A DNA stretch of 54,970 bases from Gammaproteobacteria bacterium (GCA_026710875.1 JAPOQE010000163.1:1-54970); one strand, 5' to 3'; shown: positions 9,781-20,010, numbered from the stretch's first letter. Translations and numbers: made by a program. The notes: generated from the letters alone by a model not told the origin.

Positions 9781-11886
9781 ATGAACCGGGATGAAGCCGC
9801 CATAGACCGCGACATTTTCCCTCCGGTCACTTCGCTCAAGGGTGTAGGCCCTAAAATCGAAGGGCATCTGCAGCGTTTGCGGATTCATACAGTTCAGGAC
9901 CTGCTTTTTCATTTGCCTATCCGTTATCAGGACCGCACGCGAGTGCGTCCAATTGGAGCCTTGCAGCCCGGTGATGAATGTGTGCTGCTGGGGACGGTGG
10001 ACCACAGTGAAATGGTGTATCGGAAACGGCGCATGTTACTGGTCAGTATCAGTGATGGCACCGGCAGGATCCTGTTGCGGTTTTTTCATTTCAACAAGAC
10101 ACAACAGGAAAACCTGGCACCCGGCGTCAATATCCGTTGTTTCGGTGAAGTCCGGCGCGGGGTCTCGACCCTGGAAATGGTGCATCCCGAATACGAGATC
10201 CAGCGCACGAGCGGCGCGGTCAAGGTTGAAGATCACCTGACTCCCATTTATCCGACCACGGAAGGACTGCACCAGCTTGTCTTGCGCCGCATGACCTCGC
10301 AGGCGTTACGCTGGTTCGAGAGGGAGGAGGCCCCGGACATTGACTTGTTGCCGGATGTTCCCGAAATCGATGGCTGCAAACCCTCCGTCCTCGAGGCATT
10401 GAGGTTTGTCCATCGTCCTCCGCCGGAAGCGGACACGCAGGCACTGGCAGCGGGGACACATGTGATGCAGCGCCGTCTGGCCTTCGAGGAATTGCTGGCT
10501 CAGCGGTTGAGCCTTTTCCGGCTGCGGTTGCGAATGCAAAAGCAGCCGGCGGTGCCCATTTCGCCAGCCGGGCGCCTGTATGCGCGGTTGATCGAAGCAC
10601 TGGAGTTCACGCCGACTTCGGCCCAACAACGGGTGATCGAAACGGTGTTTGCAGATCTGAGGAAAAGTTACCCGATGCTGCGTCTGGTGCAGGGTGATGT
10701 GGGAAGCGGCAAGACCCTCGTTGCCATTGCGGCTTGCCTGCACGTCATTGAAGCGGGTTATCAGGCCGTTGTGATGGCACCCACTGAAATACTTGCGGAG
10801 CAGCACCTGCAGAATTTTTCGAACTGGCTGGCGCCCCTGGGTGTGCAACTGGCCTGGCTATCAGGGCGCATGACCGCGGCCAGGAACAGCGAGATGAAAG
10901 AGCGCATCTCCAGCGGCACGGCGCAGGCGATTATTGGTACCCACGCACTGTTCCAGGAGGGAGTGACCTTTAAGAACCTGGCCCTGGTGGTTGTCGATGA
11001 ACAGCATCGTTTTGGTGTGCATCAGCGCATGGCCTTGCGCGAAAAAGGTGTACACGGCGCAGGCAGCCCCCACCAGTTGATCATGACAGCGACACCGATC
11101 CCGCGGACACTGGCAATGACCGCCTATGCCGACCTCGATTATTCCGTCATCGACGAGATGCCGCCGGGACGCAAGCCGGTCAGTACGATTGCAGTGTCGC
11201 AGGAGCGGCGAGATGAAGTCATCGAGCGCGTCGCCCATGCATGTCAACGCGGCCAGCAGGCGTACTGGGTGTGCACACTGGTTGAAGAATCAGAGGCGAT
11301 GCAGTGCCAGGCAGCGGAGAACGTTTACCAGGAGCTTGACCGGTTGCTGCAGGGGGTTCGTGTCGGCCTGGTGCATGGACGCATGAAAAGCCGGGAAAAA
11401 AATGCAGTAATGCAGGACTTTGCATCCTCCAGGATCGACCTGCTTGTGGCCACTACCGTGATCGAAGTGGGTGTTGATGTCGCGAATGCCAGTCTGATGA
11501 TCATTGAAAATGCTGAACGCCTGGGCCTTGCACAACTGCACCAGCTTCGTGGCAGGGTGGGGAGGGGTGCCCAGGAAAGCAGCTGCGTGATGCTGTACAG
11601 CCCCCCGCTCACCGATAATGCCAATCTGCGCATCGACACCATGCGCGCCACGAACAACGGATTCAAGATTGCCCAGGTCGATCTCGAAATCCGGGGCCCG
11701 GGAGAGGTACTGGGTACCCGTCAGACCGGGATGCTGCAGTTGCGCATTGCCGATATCCTGCGCGACCAGGACCTGATCCCCCAGGTACAGGAAAGTGCAA
11801 AAAAACTGTTCGCCGAGCACCCTCACCTGGTCGATGCCCTGGTGCACCGGTGGCTTGGGAAATCGATTGAATTCGGTCAGGTGTAG
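9781..11886 (+). CDS. recG: ATP-dependent DNA helicase RecG
   Basis: Wedge domain N-terminus, Walker A 'GDVGSGKT', 'VVDEQHRFG', 'TATPIPRT', 'QLRGRVGRG'. 701 aa. Confidence 0.96.
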   Translation: MNRDEAAIDRDIFPPVTSLKGVGPKIEGHLQRLRIHTVQDLLFHLPIRYQDRTRVRPIGALQPGDECVLLGTVDHSEMVYRKRRMLLVSISDGTGRILLRFFHFNKTQQENLAPGVNIRCFGEVRRGVSTLEMVHPEYEIQRTSGAVKVEDHLTPIYPTTEGLHQLVLRRMTSQALRWFEREEAPDIDLLPDVPEIDGCKPSVLEALRFVHRPPPEADTQALAAGTHVMQRRLAFEELLAQRLSLFRLRLRMQKQPAVPISPAGRLYARLIEALEFTPTSAQQRVIETVFADLRKSYPMLRLVQGDVGSGKTLVAIAACLHVIEAGYQAVVMAPTEILAEQHLQNFSNWLAPLGVQLAWLSGRMTAARNSEMKERISSGTAQAIIGTHALFQEGVTFKNLALVVVDEQHRFGVHQRMALREKGVHGAGSPHQLIMTATPIPRTLAMTAYADLDYSVIDEMPPGRKPVSTIAVSQERRDEVIERVAHACQRGQQAYWVCTLVEESEAMQCQAAENVYQELDRLLQGVRVGLVHGRMKSREKNAVMQDFASSRIDLLVATTVIEVGVDVANASLMIIENAERLGLAQLHQLRGRVGRGAQESSCVMLYSPPLTDNANLRIDTMRATNNGFKIAQVDLEIRGPGEVLGTRQTGMLQLRIADILRDQDLIPQVQESAKKLFAEHPHLVDALVHRWLGKSIEFGQV

Positions 11887-11908
11887 CTGAGCGCCAGAGG
11901 GGTATCGC

Positions 11909-12202
11909 TCAAATTCCGAAGGTGCCTATCAGCATCGTCGTCAGGTAGATGCCGAACAGGCCGAGCAAGGCTAGCAAGGACAGGCTGTGCAGCCGGCCAG
12001 CCTGGCCGGAGAACACGGCACCGGCACTGAAAATCAGGCCAAGGCCGGCAATCGTGAAGGAAATCCAGAATACCGTGTTGACACAGGCGGTTTGACAGGA
12101 GCGTCCATCAAATGGGCCAGACAATAACTGCACCACCAGAAAAACAGCCAGCAGCCAACTCGTGACTGCGCTGAAAAAGGAAATCCACGAACTTTCTGTC
12201 AT
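11909..12202 (-). CDS. Small hypothetical membrane protein (3 predicted TM)
   Basis: Hydrophobic ORF convergent with recG. The ATG at 12202 is preferred. The GTG at 12247 has GGAGG only 1 nt upstream, which is too close for an SD. Confidence 0.4.
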   Translation of the reverse strand: MTESSWISFFSAVTSWLLAVFLVVQLLSGPFDGRSCQTACVNTVFWISFTIAGLGLIFSAGAVFSGQAGRLHSLSLLALLGLFGIYLTTMLIGTFGI

Positions 12203-12322
12203 GTCTGCCTCAAGCACTGGCCGGTTTCCATCCCGGTCCTGTATCACTCCTCCCTTCAGGAGATTATGCCATAGTGCAGGTTCATTTTTTATGACCGCGC
12301 AATCTTCGGTTCGTGACGCGTC

Positions 12323-12691
12323 CTAAAGCAGCAAGTGTATGATCTGGTCCTGGACGGTGCAGGCAAGGGCGCGCAGGTGCTGGTTTTTACAGGGGCCGTA
12401 GATGCAAAGGCCATCCTTGATCTGAAAAAGGGCGCCATGATTGGCACACATGATATAATTTGCATCTTCATCAAGAAAGCGGTCGGGTACCCAGTCCAAA
12501 GCCCCGCGCGTATGGGGGCATGAATTTTCATAGGCATACACCTGCCGGTCTTTTTTGACGACCAATACTCGGGTCAGCACATTTTGATGCTCCACAATCA
12601 GGCCTTTGCTGCCAGGGTCAGGAATATCGTCGTAATGACATAATTGTGTTCCTAGCAAGCTCATGGGAGTTAAAATGTTACCCGCATCCAT
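12323..12691 (-). CDS. Rieske [2Fe-2S] domain protein
   Basis: Rieske ligand motifs 'CPHTRG' and 'CANHGALF' (CxH...CxxH) with the expected spacing. 122 aa. Confidence 0.85.
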   Translation of the reverse strand: MDAGNILTPMSLLGTQLCHYDDIPDPGSKGLIVEHQNVLTRVLVVKKDRQVYAYENSCPHTRGALDWVPDRFLDEDANYIMCANHGALFQIKDGLCIYGPCKNQHLRALACTVQDQIIHLLL

Positions 12692-12718
12692 CGATTATTA
12701 AAAACCAGCTGAGAAATC

Positions 12719-13156
12719 ATGCAAAAACCAAATTGTTTCCCGACTTCAGAACAGGCTGAACAGGCATTTTACCGATCATTCAAGGAAGCGGACATCGAAT
12801 TGATGATGTCGGTATGGGATCGGGGTAATGACGTTGTATGTATTCATCCGGGAGGACCGCGCTTGCAGGGCGTGTCGATTGTCCGCAAGAGCTGGGAACA
12901 ACTGTTCTCCTATGAGCAGGGGCTTGAGCTCAGGGTGAACAAGATAAGCGCGGTACTGGAGAAAGAGGTGGCCATACACCATGTGGTGGAGGACATCTAT
13001 GTCGAAGGTGAGCTGCAGTCAGAGATCTATGCCACCAATATCTACAGGAAGGTGAACGACAGCTGGCATATGGTTTTGCATCATGCTTCAGCGGAACTGC
13101 ATTCCGTCGTGGATCTCCTCGATGAGGAAACAGAAGAGGTGCAGACGATTCATTGA
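12719..13156 (+). CDS. NTF2-like / SnoaL-like (DUF4440-type) protein
   Basis: 145 aa. The pattern 'AFYRSFKEADIELMMSVWD...VVCIHPGGPRLQG...W' is typical of the SnoaL/DUF4440 fold. No catalytic assignment is possible. Confidence 0.6.
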   Translation: MQKPNCFPTSEQAEQAFYRSFKEADIELMMSVWDRGNDVVCIHPGGPRLQGVSIVRKSWEQLFSYEQGLELRVNKISAVLEKEVAIHHVVEDIYVEGELQSEIYATNIYRKVNDSWHMVLHHASAELHSVVDLLDEETEEVQTIH

Positions 13157-13174
13157 GTCCGCGATTCAAAGGGC

Positions 13175-14869
13175 TCAATACACATAGTAAAAAATCAGGT
13201 AGATGCCGAGCAGGAAGGCCACCCAAAGTACCATGCTGCCCGTGGGCCAGGTTCTGGCAAGCAGTCCCTGGGGTCCATGATGACGATGCAGGCGAACGCC
13301 CACGTCAAATGAAAGTCTTTTGACCCACACGATGACCTGTTGCTCACTCGCTACGACAGCGCGCACTGCGTACTGCGCCAGCCAGCGCCCCGGTTTGCGG
13401 TAGAGCCAGTCTGCATCCAGGTTCACGGAGCGTAATTCCGGAGGATACAGGCCTTGTCGCACAAGCCAGGTGAAGGCAAGTGCCGAGAAGAACAGCAACT
13501 GGAGCTGGGTAATCACGTGCGTCGTCGTGTAGGGCTGGTAGTCCGTCTGGTAAGGCAGTAGCGCGTACAGGGTTTGTGGAAAGATCCCGATACACATGGA
13601 AAATGTGGCTGCAACCGCCATGGCAACCAGCATGCTGGTTGGCGCTTCCTTGCAGCGAATACCGCTGTCATGGGCAAAAAATGCGAAGTACGGTATTTTT
13701 ATGCCCGCATGGTGGAACACGCCGGCGGATGCGAACAGTAAAACCAGCCACGTAAACGTATAGCCTTCAAGGCCTGCGGCCTCCATGATCATCGATTTTG
13801 TGACAAAGGCGCTAAACAGGGGAAAGGCAGAAATCGAAGCCGCACCAATCACACAAAATACCGTGGTGTAGGGCATCGATTTGTACAGACCGCCCAGGTC
13901 GGAGCCGTTGATCCGCCCCGTGCGCAACAGCACGGCACCCATGCTCATGAATAGCAGTCCCTTGAACAGGATATCCGCAAAGGCGTGGGCCGCAGTGCCA
14001 TTGAGTGCAAGCTCGGTTCCGATACCAATGCCAACCACCATGAAGCCCAGCTGATTGATCATGCTATAGGTAAGCACCCGGCGCAGATCATTTTCGATGA
14101 CGGCGTAGAAAATCGGGAAGGCGGCCATCAGCAGACCGATCCAGATAAGAATCTCGGCACCGTAAAATGTGGTGGCCAATGCATAAACAGCCATTTTCGT
14201 AGTGAATGCCGACAACACTACCGTCCCGGTAACGGTCGCCTGGGGGTAGGCATCCACGAGCCAGTTGTGCAACAGGGGAAATGCACACTTGATTCCAAAT
14301 GCGAGAAAGATCAGCAGTCCACCCGCCGTACCCAGGTCCAATTGTGTGAGCTCAATGGATCCGCTGGCGCGGGCATGCAGGATGATGCCGGATAACAGCA
14401 GGAGCCCCGAGATGACCTGCACGATCAGGTAGCGCATGCCGGCACGGTAGGATGCCTGGGTGCGCCTTGCCCAGATCAGGAACACTGACGAAATGGCGGC
14501 TGCTTCCCAGTAGATGAACAGTGTGACCAGATCACCGGCCAACACCACGCCGAGCGCGCAGCCCGCATAGACCAGGCTGACCATCTGCTGCAGGCGATCC
14601 CGGGAATGCAGTGAATAGAGCATCAATATGAAGGCCGCAATATGAAAGATCACTGCAAACATGAAGCTGAGCTTGTCGAGATGCAGGGTGCTCAGCAGCA
14701 TGCCGAGGACCTCAACCTCTGTACGGCTGCCGGCGGGCAGGGGGTAGAGCTGCAAAAATGAAAGGACTGGGAGCAGGAGGACATAGGTCGTGCGGAGGCT
14801 GGCTTTCAGGGCGGGGATCAGTAACGCGCCGAGTATCAGGATAAGTGCCGGGTTCAGGTCAGTGATCAC
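13175..14869 (-). CDS. Antiporter-like proton-conducting membrane subunit (NuoL/MrpA-N/MrpD family), 564 aa
   Basis: About 16 TM segments with the family core 'WLVDAYPQATVTGTVVLSAFTTKMAVY'. Last gene of the Mrp-like cluster. Confidence 0.85.
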   Translation of the reverse strand: MITDLNPALILILGALLIPALKASLRTTYVLLLPVLSFLQLYPLPAGSRTEVEVLGMLLSTLHLDKLSFMFAVIFHIAAFILMLYSLHSRDRLQQMVSLVYAGCALGVVLAGDLVTLFIYWEAAAISSVFLIWARRTQASYRAGMRYLIVQVISGLLLLSGIILHARASGSIELTQLDLGTAGGLLIFLAFGIKCAFPLLHNWLVDAYPQATVTGTVVLSAFTTKMAVYALATTFYGAEILIWIGLLMAAFPIFYAVIENDLRRVLTYSMINQLGFMVVGIGIGTELALNGTAAHAFADILFKGLLFMSMGAVLLRTGRINGSDLGGLYKSMPYTTVFCVIGAASISAFPLFSAFVTKSMIMEAAGLEGYTFTWLVLLFASAGVFHHAGIKIPYFAFFAHDSGIRCKEAPTSMLVAMAVAATFSMCIGIFPQTLYALLPYQTDYQPYTTTHVITQLQLLFFSALAFTWLVRQGLYPPELRSVNLDADWLYRKPGRWLAQYAVRAVVASEQQVIVWVKRLSFDVGVRLHRHHGPQGLLARTWPTGSMVLWVAFLLGIYLIFYYVY

Positions 14870-15113
14870 CGTAGTAGTCCTCGTTGCGCTTCACGACCTT
14901 GCGCATCTGCTTGGCGAGCAGGACCAGAATCACGCAGGCGATGAAACCAAACCACGCAAAAAAACCAAACCAGTTCTCAAAAGGAAAATAGATGTGCTTG
15001 TGATAAAAGAAATCGAGCAGCATTAAAGCCGCACACAGGGCATACAGACCGTACACAAGCTTGCGGACATTGCTTGAGCTGTCCAGCCAGTATTTATTTT
15101 TCTTGCCATTCAT
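14859..15113 (-). CDS. Small 2-TM membrane protein embedded in the Mrp-like cluster (84 aa)
   Basis: Overlaps both neighbours by a few nt, indicating translational coupling. Two aromatic-rich hydrophobic helices and basic termini. No family recognised. Confidence 0.6.
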   Translation of the reverse strand: MNGKKNKYWLDSSSNVRKLVYGLYALCAALMLLDFFYHKHIYFPFENWFGFFAWFGFIACVILVLLAKQMRKVVKRNEDYYGDH

Positions 15114-16582
15114 GGATTAAAAACCGGGTAGAGAAAATCATAAATGGGCTGCACATAAAAAAACAGCAGCAAGGTTCCTGCAGCCGTTGCGCACAGGGGG
15201 ATCAGACACGCGAGCGGGGCTTCCTGTATCCCCGGGCCCGCGGCTGCCTGAGAAGGATCCGGTGGTTTGAAAAACGCCCGCAGGCCGATCGGCAGCAGGT
15301 AGGCGCAATTCAACAGGGTGCTCAGCGCAAAGGCAAGCAGCACGATGTAGTGCTGCGTGTCCATACTGCCTTCAATCAGCAGCCATTTGCTCCAGGCGCC
15401 GACAAAAGGCGGCAGACCGATCACACTGAATGCCGCAAGCAGGTACGCAGTGAACGTGAATGGCATCCTGTGGCCGAGGCCATTGAGCTGGCTGACTTGC
15501 GTAAGTTTCGTCGCGGTATAGATTGCTCCGGCGCAAAAGAACAGGGTGATCTTCCCGAAAGCATGCGTGACGATGTGCAAGGCGCCTCCCATGGCGGCTG
15601 CAGGCCAGGCCAGTGCAGCGCCAATGACGATGTACGCGAGCTGGCTGATTGTGGAATAGGCCAGCCGTGCCTTTAAATTGTCCTTGCTGAGTGCAATCAC
15701 CGAAGCGATCACCATGGTGGCCACTGCCAGCCACAGGATCCAGGTCGAGGCGTCCTGTGCCGCCAGGTAATCAATCCCGAAGATGTACACGGATATCTTG
15801 AGCACGGAGAATACCCCGGCCTTGACCACCGCCACGGCATGCAGCAAGGCGCTCACAGGCGTGGGCGCAACCATGGCCGCTGGCAGCCAGCGGAAAAAGG
15901 GCAACAGTGCGGCCTTGCCGATACCGACCATGAACAGTGTAAACAGCAACAGTGCAGCCACGCCGTCGGTGTTTCCTGCAAGAACGCCACCGGGTTCGAA
16001 ATTCAGCGTGTCGGCCTGAATCCAGGTAATGACCAGGGCCGTCAGGAAAAACATGATCGAGGTTCCAAGCAAGAGTCCCAGATAAACCCGCCCGCCACTT
16101 TTTGCCTCCGCAGTTTGCTTATGTGTCACCAGCGGATAGGTGGACAATGTCAACGCCTCATAGAAAATGAACAGCGTGAACAGGTTGGCTGCAAAGGCGA
16201 TGCCCATGGTGGCTGCAATCGCCAGCGAAAAGAACAGGTAAAAGCGGGTCAGGTTCTTTTCTGCATTGCCGTTCATGTAACCGATGGAGTACACGGTGGT
16301 GATGAACCACAGAGCGGCTGCCAGCAAGGCAAAAACAAGCCCGAGAGGTTCCAGGTGAAAAGCAATGGAGAGGCTGGCAGAGATGTTCAGCAGGGTGTGT
16401 ATGGAAGTCGGTTCGGTGTAGTGCTCCAGCAGTTGTGTGACATACAGAATCAGGAGGATTCCGGCAAGCAGTGAGCTCGTCTCGCGGAGCTTTGGACGGT
16501 CGTGGAACAGGAGGACCATGATTCCGCCTAGCAGGGGGATCAGAAGCGCAAGCTCGATGTGTTGCAGCAGCAGGCTCATCAT
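15110..16582 (-). CDS. mrpD: Mrp/Mnh antiporter subunit D-like (NuoM/N family), 490 aa
   Basis: Multi-TM protein with 'WLPAAMVAPTPVSALLHAVAVVKAGVF' (conserved Lys/His core of the antiporter-like subunit). Confidence 0.88.
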   Translation of the reverse strand: MMSLLLQHIELALLIPLLGGIMVLLFHDRPKLRETSSLLAGILLILYVTQLLEHYTEPTSIHTLLNISASLSIAFHLEPLGLVFALLAAALWFITTVYSIGYMNGNAEKNLTRFYLFFSLAIAATMGIAFAANLFTLFIFYEALTLSTYPLVTHKQTAEAKSGGRVYLGLLLGTSIMFFLTALVITWIQADTLNFEPGGVLAGNTDGVAALLLFTLFMVGIGKAALLPFFRWLPAAMVAPTPVSALLHAVAVVKAGVFSVLKISVYIFGIDYLAAQDASTWILWLAVATMVIASVIALSKDNLKARLAYSTISQLAYIVIGAALAWPAAAMGGALHIVTHAFGKITLFFCAGAIYTATKLTQVSQLNGLGHRMPFTFTAYLLAAFSVIGLPPFVGAWSKWLLIEGSMDTQHYIVLLAFALSTLLNCAYLLPIGLRAFFKPPDPSQAAAGPGIQEAPLACLIPLCATAAGTLLLFFYVQPIYDFLYPVFNP

Positions 16583-18061
16583 CTAGCGAAACAATGTCTG
16601 GATGGCGGTACTTGCATATCCGAGGCTGAACGATGTATCCAGGCCGAAATAAAAGTTGCCGATAACCAGCAGCCACAAGGGAAGCAGCATTTGCCGGGGC
16701 GCTTCATGGGTGGTCAGGTTCTGGAGTTTGGCACTCACAGGGGTTTTAAAGTACGCATATTCGATGATTTTCCAGATGTAGAGGATCGTCAACAAAGACC
16801 CGCCCACAATTACAACCGCTGCGAGCCAGTGACCCTGCTCAATGGCTGCGGACAAGACATACCATTTACTGACAAATCCACCCGTGAATGGTATCCCGAT
16901 CAGTCCCAGTCCCAACAGAACAATCGCCGCCATCGTCCAGGGCATGCGCTTGCCCAGCCCTGAAAAATCTTCCAGCCGTACCGAGCCGGTTCTCAACACC
17001 ACGCAGGCCATGGCCAGAAACAATCCGCCTTTGATAATCGCGTGATTGAACAGATACACCATTCCGGCGATCGCACCGTTTGCAGAACCCAAGCCGATTC
17101 CCAGGGTCATATAACCGATTTGTGCGACACTGGAATAGGCCAGCATGCGCTTGATGTTTTCTTGAAAAACGGCAACAAAGGAGGCCGTAAGAATGGCAAT
17201 AATGGACAGGGGCAGCAGGATCTTGCCCAGATGAAACTGTTCGAGGGAAATGTCAGGCGGGAACAGGCCGAAAAAAAACCGGAGCATGACATAAACAGAA
17301 ACCTTGGTTGCTGTAGCGGACAGGAATACGGTGATCATCGATGGGGCGTGAGCATAGGCATTGGGAAGCCACAGATGCAGTGGGAACAGGGCAATCTTCA
17401 ATGAGATGCCGGCGGTCAGAAAGGCAAAGGCAGCATGCAACGTCCTGGAATCGACAATGGCCGGTATTTTTTGTTGTAGGTCATGGATATTCAGCGTGCC
17501 TGTCAGCATGTACAGCAGACCAACGCCAATCAATATAAAAGTTGCACCAATTGTGCCCATGATCAGATACTGGTAGGCCGCTGTCAGGGACCGGCGGTCG
17601 CGTCCCATCGCAATCAGCGCATAGGAGGACAGTGAGCTGATTTCCAGGAAAACGAAGATATTGAAGGCGTCGCCGGAGACAACAATTCCCAACAGGCCGG
17701 TCAGGCACAACAGGTATGCGGAAAAAAACAGATTGATCTTTTCACTGGGAATTTCCTGCTCGATGCTTTTTCGTGCAGCCACCATGGTGATGCTGGCCGT
17801 TGCGGCCACGATCGTCAGCACGTAGGCACTTAAATGGTCAATGCGATACTCGATGCCCAGTGGCGGTTCCCAACCGCCTAAATGGTAGGACAACACGCCG
17901 TGTGCGCTGACTTCATGTACCAGCAACACGGCGATGACAAAAGAGGCAATGCTTACGATGGTTGCCAGCAACCAGGCCCAGCTAGCCCGTGTGATCAGCA
18001 CGCATACGGGTGCGCTGATCAATGGAATGATCACTTGCAATGCAGGTAAATGGCCCAGCAC
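16583..18061 (-). CDS. mrpD: Mrp/Mnh antiporter subunit D-like (NuoM/N family), 492 aa
   Basis: Multi-TM protein with 'HLWLPNAYAHAPSMITVFLSATATKVSVY'. Abuts the next D-like gene with no gap. Confidence 0.88.
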   Translation of the reverse strand: MLGHLPALQVIIPLISAPVCVLITRASWAWLLATIVSIASFVIAVLLVHEVSAHGVLSYHLGGWEPPLGIEYRIDHLSAYVLTIVAATASITMVAARKSIEQEIPSEKINLFFSAYLLCLTGLLGIVVSGDAFNIFVFLEISSLSSYALIAMGRDRRSLTAAYQYLIMGTIGATFILIGVGLLYMLTGTLNIHDLQQKIPAIVDSRTLHAAFAFLTAGISLKIALFPLHLWLPNAYAHAPSMITVFLSATATKVSVYVMLRFFFGLFPPDISLEQFHLGKILLPLSIIAILTASFVAVFQENIKRMLAYSSVAQIGYMTLGIGLGSANGAIAGMVYLFNHAIIKGGLFLAMACVVLRTGSVRLEDFSGLGKRMPWTMAAIVLLGLGLIGIPFTGGFVSKWYVLSAAIEQGHWLAAVVIVGGSLLTILYIWKIIEYAYFKTPVSAKLQNLTTHEAPRQMLLPLWLLVIGNFYFGLDTSFSLGYASTAIQTLFR

Positions 18062-18420
18062 TAGTTGTCGTCCTGAAGATCGTCCTGTTCGTGTATGGCG
18101 GTTTCGTCCACGGTGTCGTAGGCCCGGTGGATTCTGGCAATGATCGCAAGTCCGAGTGCCGTCGTCGAAACGCTGACCACGATTGCAGTCAGGATAAGGA
18201 CATGAGGCAACGGGTTTGAATACAGGTCTGTTTCTGCAATCAGTATGGGAGCCGTACCGCCTTTCACCTTGCTCATGGAGATAAACAGTATGAACACTGA
18301 GGTCTGGAAAATATTTAGCCCGATAATCTTTTTGATCAGGTTGGAGTCGGAGATGACAATATAAAAACCCATCATCATCAGTACGATCACAACCCAGTAA
18401 TTGAAATAGTCTGCAATCAT
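18061..18420 (-). CDS. mrpC: Mrp/Mnh antiporter subunit C (NuoK-like)
   Basis: 119 aa, 3 TM, containing 'IGLNIFQTSVFILFI'. Position between the B and D subunits. Confidence 0.85.
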   Translation of the reverse strand: MIADYFNYWVVIVLMMMGFYIVISDSNLIKKIIGLNIFQTSVFILFISMSKVKGGTAPILIAETDLYSNPLPHVLILTAIVVSVSTTALGLAIIARIHRAYDTVDETAIHEQDDLQDDN

Positions 18421-18423
18421 TGC

Positions 18424-18846
18424 TTATTCGCTGAATTCATCGAGGGTGTAAAAAATTGCAATCATGACCGCGCCCACGGTAATGCCGACTCCAAGCTCAA
18501 TAAGAAAGATACCCAGATGCTGGGCCTGCTGGTGGCCATGCAGCAGTACATCATAATCGAGGAAATTCCCGCCCATCACCATGGTGGTCACACCGACCCC
18601 CGCATACAGCAAAATGCCTGCGACGATGAAGCGAACAACGGTATTGGTAGGTAAAATCTGCTGCGCTTTCTGGCGTCCGTGCACGAGGGCATAAAGGATC
18701 ACGGCAGCAGCAAATATAACACCCGCCTGAAAGCCGCCACCGGGTCCATATTCACCATGGAACTGTACATACAGGGCAAACAGCATGACTGCAGGAATGA
18801 TCAGTCGGCATACTTCGCGTACGATCAAGCTGGTGCGCCGATCCAT
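18424..18846 (-). CDS. mrpB: Mrp/Mnh antiporter subunit B
   Basis: 140 aa containing the MnhB hallmark 'HGEYGPGGGFQAGVIFAAAVILY'. Confidence 0.85.
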   Translation of the reverse strand: MDRRTSLIVREVCRLIIPAVMLFALYVQFHGEYGPGGGFQAGVIFAAAVILYALVHGRQKAQQILPTNTVVRFIVAGILLYAGVGVTTMVMGGNFLDYDVLLHGHQQAQHLGIFLIELGVGITVGAVMIAIFYTLDEFSE

Positions 18847-19391
18847 TATTTGTGCTCGCCTTTTTTCGCTGTTCTCCCAAGCAAAAGCAACACCCCCACC
18901 GCAGCTGTGAAAATCACTGCGACCTCGCCCAGCGTGTCGTAACCTCGGTAACTTGCCAGCACGGAAGTCACGACATTGGGAATGCCTATTTCCTCGCTGC
19001 TCTGCGTCAGGTAATGCGGTGCAACATGGGTGTGAATGGGGGCCATCGGATCACCGTACGGTGGCATGTCCAGCGTGCCGTAAATCAGTGCTGCTCCCGT
19101 GATCGTGATGACAGCAAGGGGCAGAAACCTTTTATGCTTGCTGACCGTTTGCCTGCGCCCGGTAATCGAAATGGCTGCGAGAAGCAGTACGGTGGTAATC
19201 CCTGCACCGACGGCCGCTTCGGTAAATGCGACATCGACTGCATCCATGGCCACGAACAGACCCGCTGACAAAAAGCTGTAGACGCCGCTTGATAACACAA
19301 TGGCCAGCAGGCTTTTCATGCGTATCAGCACAACGACCGTAAGTGCCAGCATGGTCAGCAGGGAGAAATTGACAATCGTTTCTATATCCAC
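18846..19391 (-). CDS. DUF4040 / MrpA C-terminal-domain-like membrane subunit
   Basis: 181 aa, multi-TM, containing 'MDAVDVAFTEAAVGAGITTVLLL'. Corresponds to the MrpB-like C-terminal part of MrpA encoded as a separate gene. Confidence 0.75.
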   Translation of the reverse strand: MDIETIVNFSLLTMLALTVVVLIRMKSLLAIVLSSGVYSFLSAGLFVAMDAVDVAFTEAAVGAGITTVLLLAAISITGRRQTVSKHKRFLPLAVITITGAALIYGTLDMPPYGDPMAPIHTHVAPHYLTQSSEEIGIPNVVTSVLASYRGYDTLGEVAVIFTAAVGVLLLLGRTAKKGEHK

Positions 19392-19403
19392 AGGCTTGCA
19401 GGA

Positions 19404-19715
19404 CTACTCGGGTAGTTGATGGTTTTCATCTGTGCTGGAGCTTTTTTCATTGAGCAGGGCGGTATGTGCAAGGGCATGTACCGCAGTCGGTCCTGTGAGC
19501 ATCATGAACAGCAGGATCAAAATCAGTTTTGCAATCACCAGCAGATCCTGTGTTTGTAGAATCAGCCCCAGTAAAATCAGTATCGCACCCAGACTGTCTA
19601 TGATGCTGGCTGCATGTACCCGGGAATAGAAATCCGGCAGGCGCATGAGCCCTAATGTACCAATCAGGCAAAACACGCTGCCAAGCCCCAGTAGCAGCCA
19701 GCTTGCTACTAACAT
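19404..19715 (-). CDS. mrpG: Mrp/Mnh antiporter subunit G
   Basis: 103 aa with 'GLMRLPDFYSRVHAASIIDSLG', the MnhG signature. Confidence 0.88.
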   Translation of the reverse strand: MLVASWLLLGLGSVFCLIGTLGLMRLPDFYSRVHAASIIDSLGAILILLGLILQTQDLLVIAKLILILLFMMLTGPTAVHALAHTALLNEKSSSTDENHQLPE

Positions 19716-19724
19716 GCCAAGCCC

Positions 19725-19994
19725 CTACTCATCGACAGATTTTCCCAGGGTTTCGCATCGAAACAGCTTCAGAACAGCAATTGTCGAGATGAAATTTATC
19801 AGCGCATAGAGCAGTGCAATATCCAGGAAATCAGGCCGTGCAGTTAAAAATCCGAACAATGCAATCAACAGTACGATGGCGGTTCCAAACGTGTTGATGG
19901 CCAGGATGCGGTCAAAAATCGTGGGCCCGAGGGCGACGCGCACCAGCAGGAAAAACATGACGATCAAAATGGCGATAGAGGCAGCTGCAAACAT
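19725..19994 (-). CDS. mrpF: Mrp/Mnh antiporter subunit F
   Basis: 89 aa, 3 TM, containing 'GPTIFDRILAINTFGT', typical of MnhF. Confidence 0.85.
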   Translation of the reverse strand: MFAAASIAILIVMFFLLVRVALGPTIFDRILAINTFGTAIVLLIALFGFLTARPDFLDIALLYALINFISTIAVLKLFRCETLGKSVDE

Positions 19995-20010
19995 GAGATC
20001 AGGTACGGTT

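Noticed and set aside
10306-11847. Minus-strand ORFs of 180 aa, 128 aa and 185 aa inside recG
   Set aside because: They overlap a complete, motif-rich recG and have no independent evidence.
15074-16474. Two + strand ORFs (200 aa and 211 aa) antisense to the Mrp D-like genes
   Set aside because: Hydrophilic Arg/Gln/Gly-rich translations that mirror the hydrophobic minus-strand genes, which is a classic antisense artefact.
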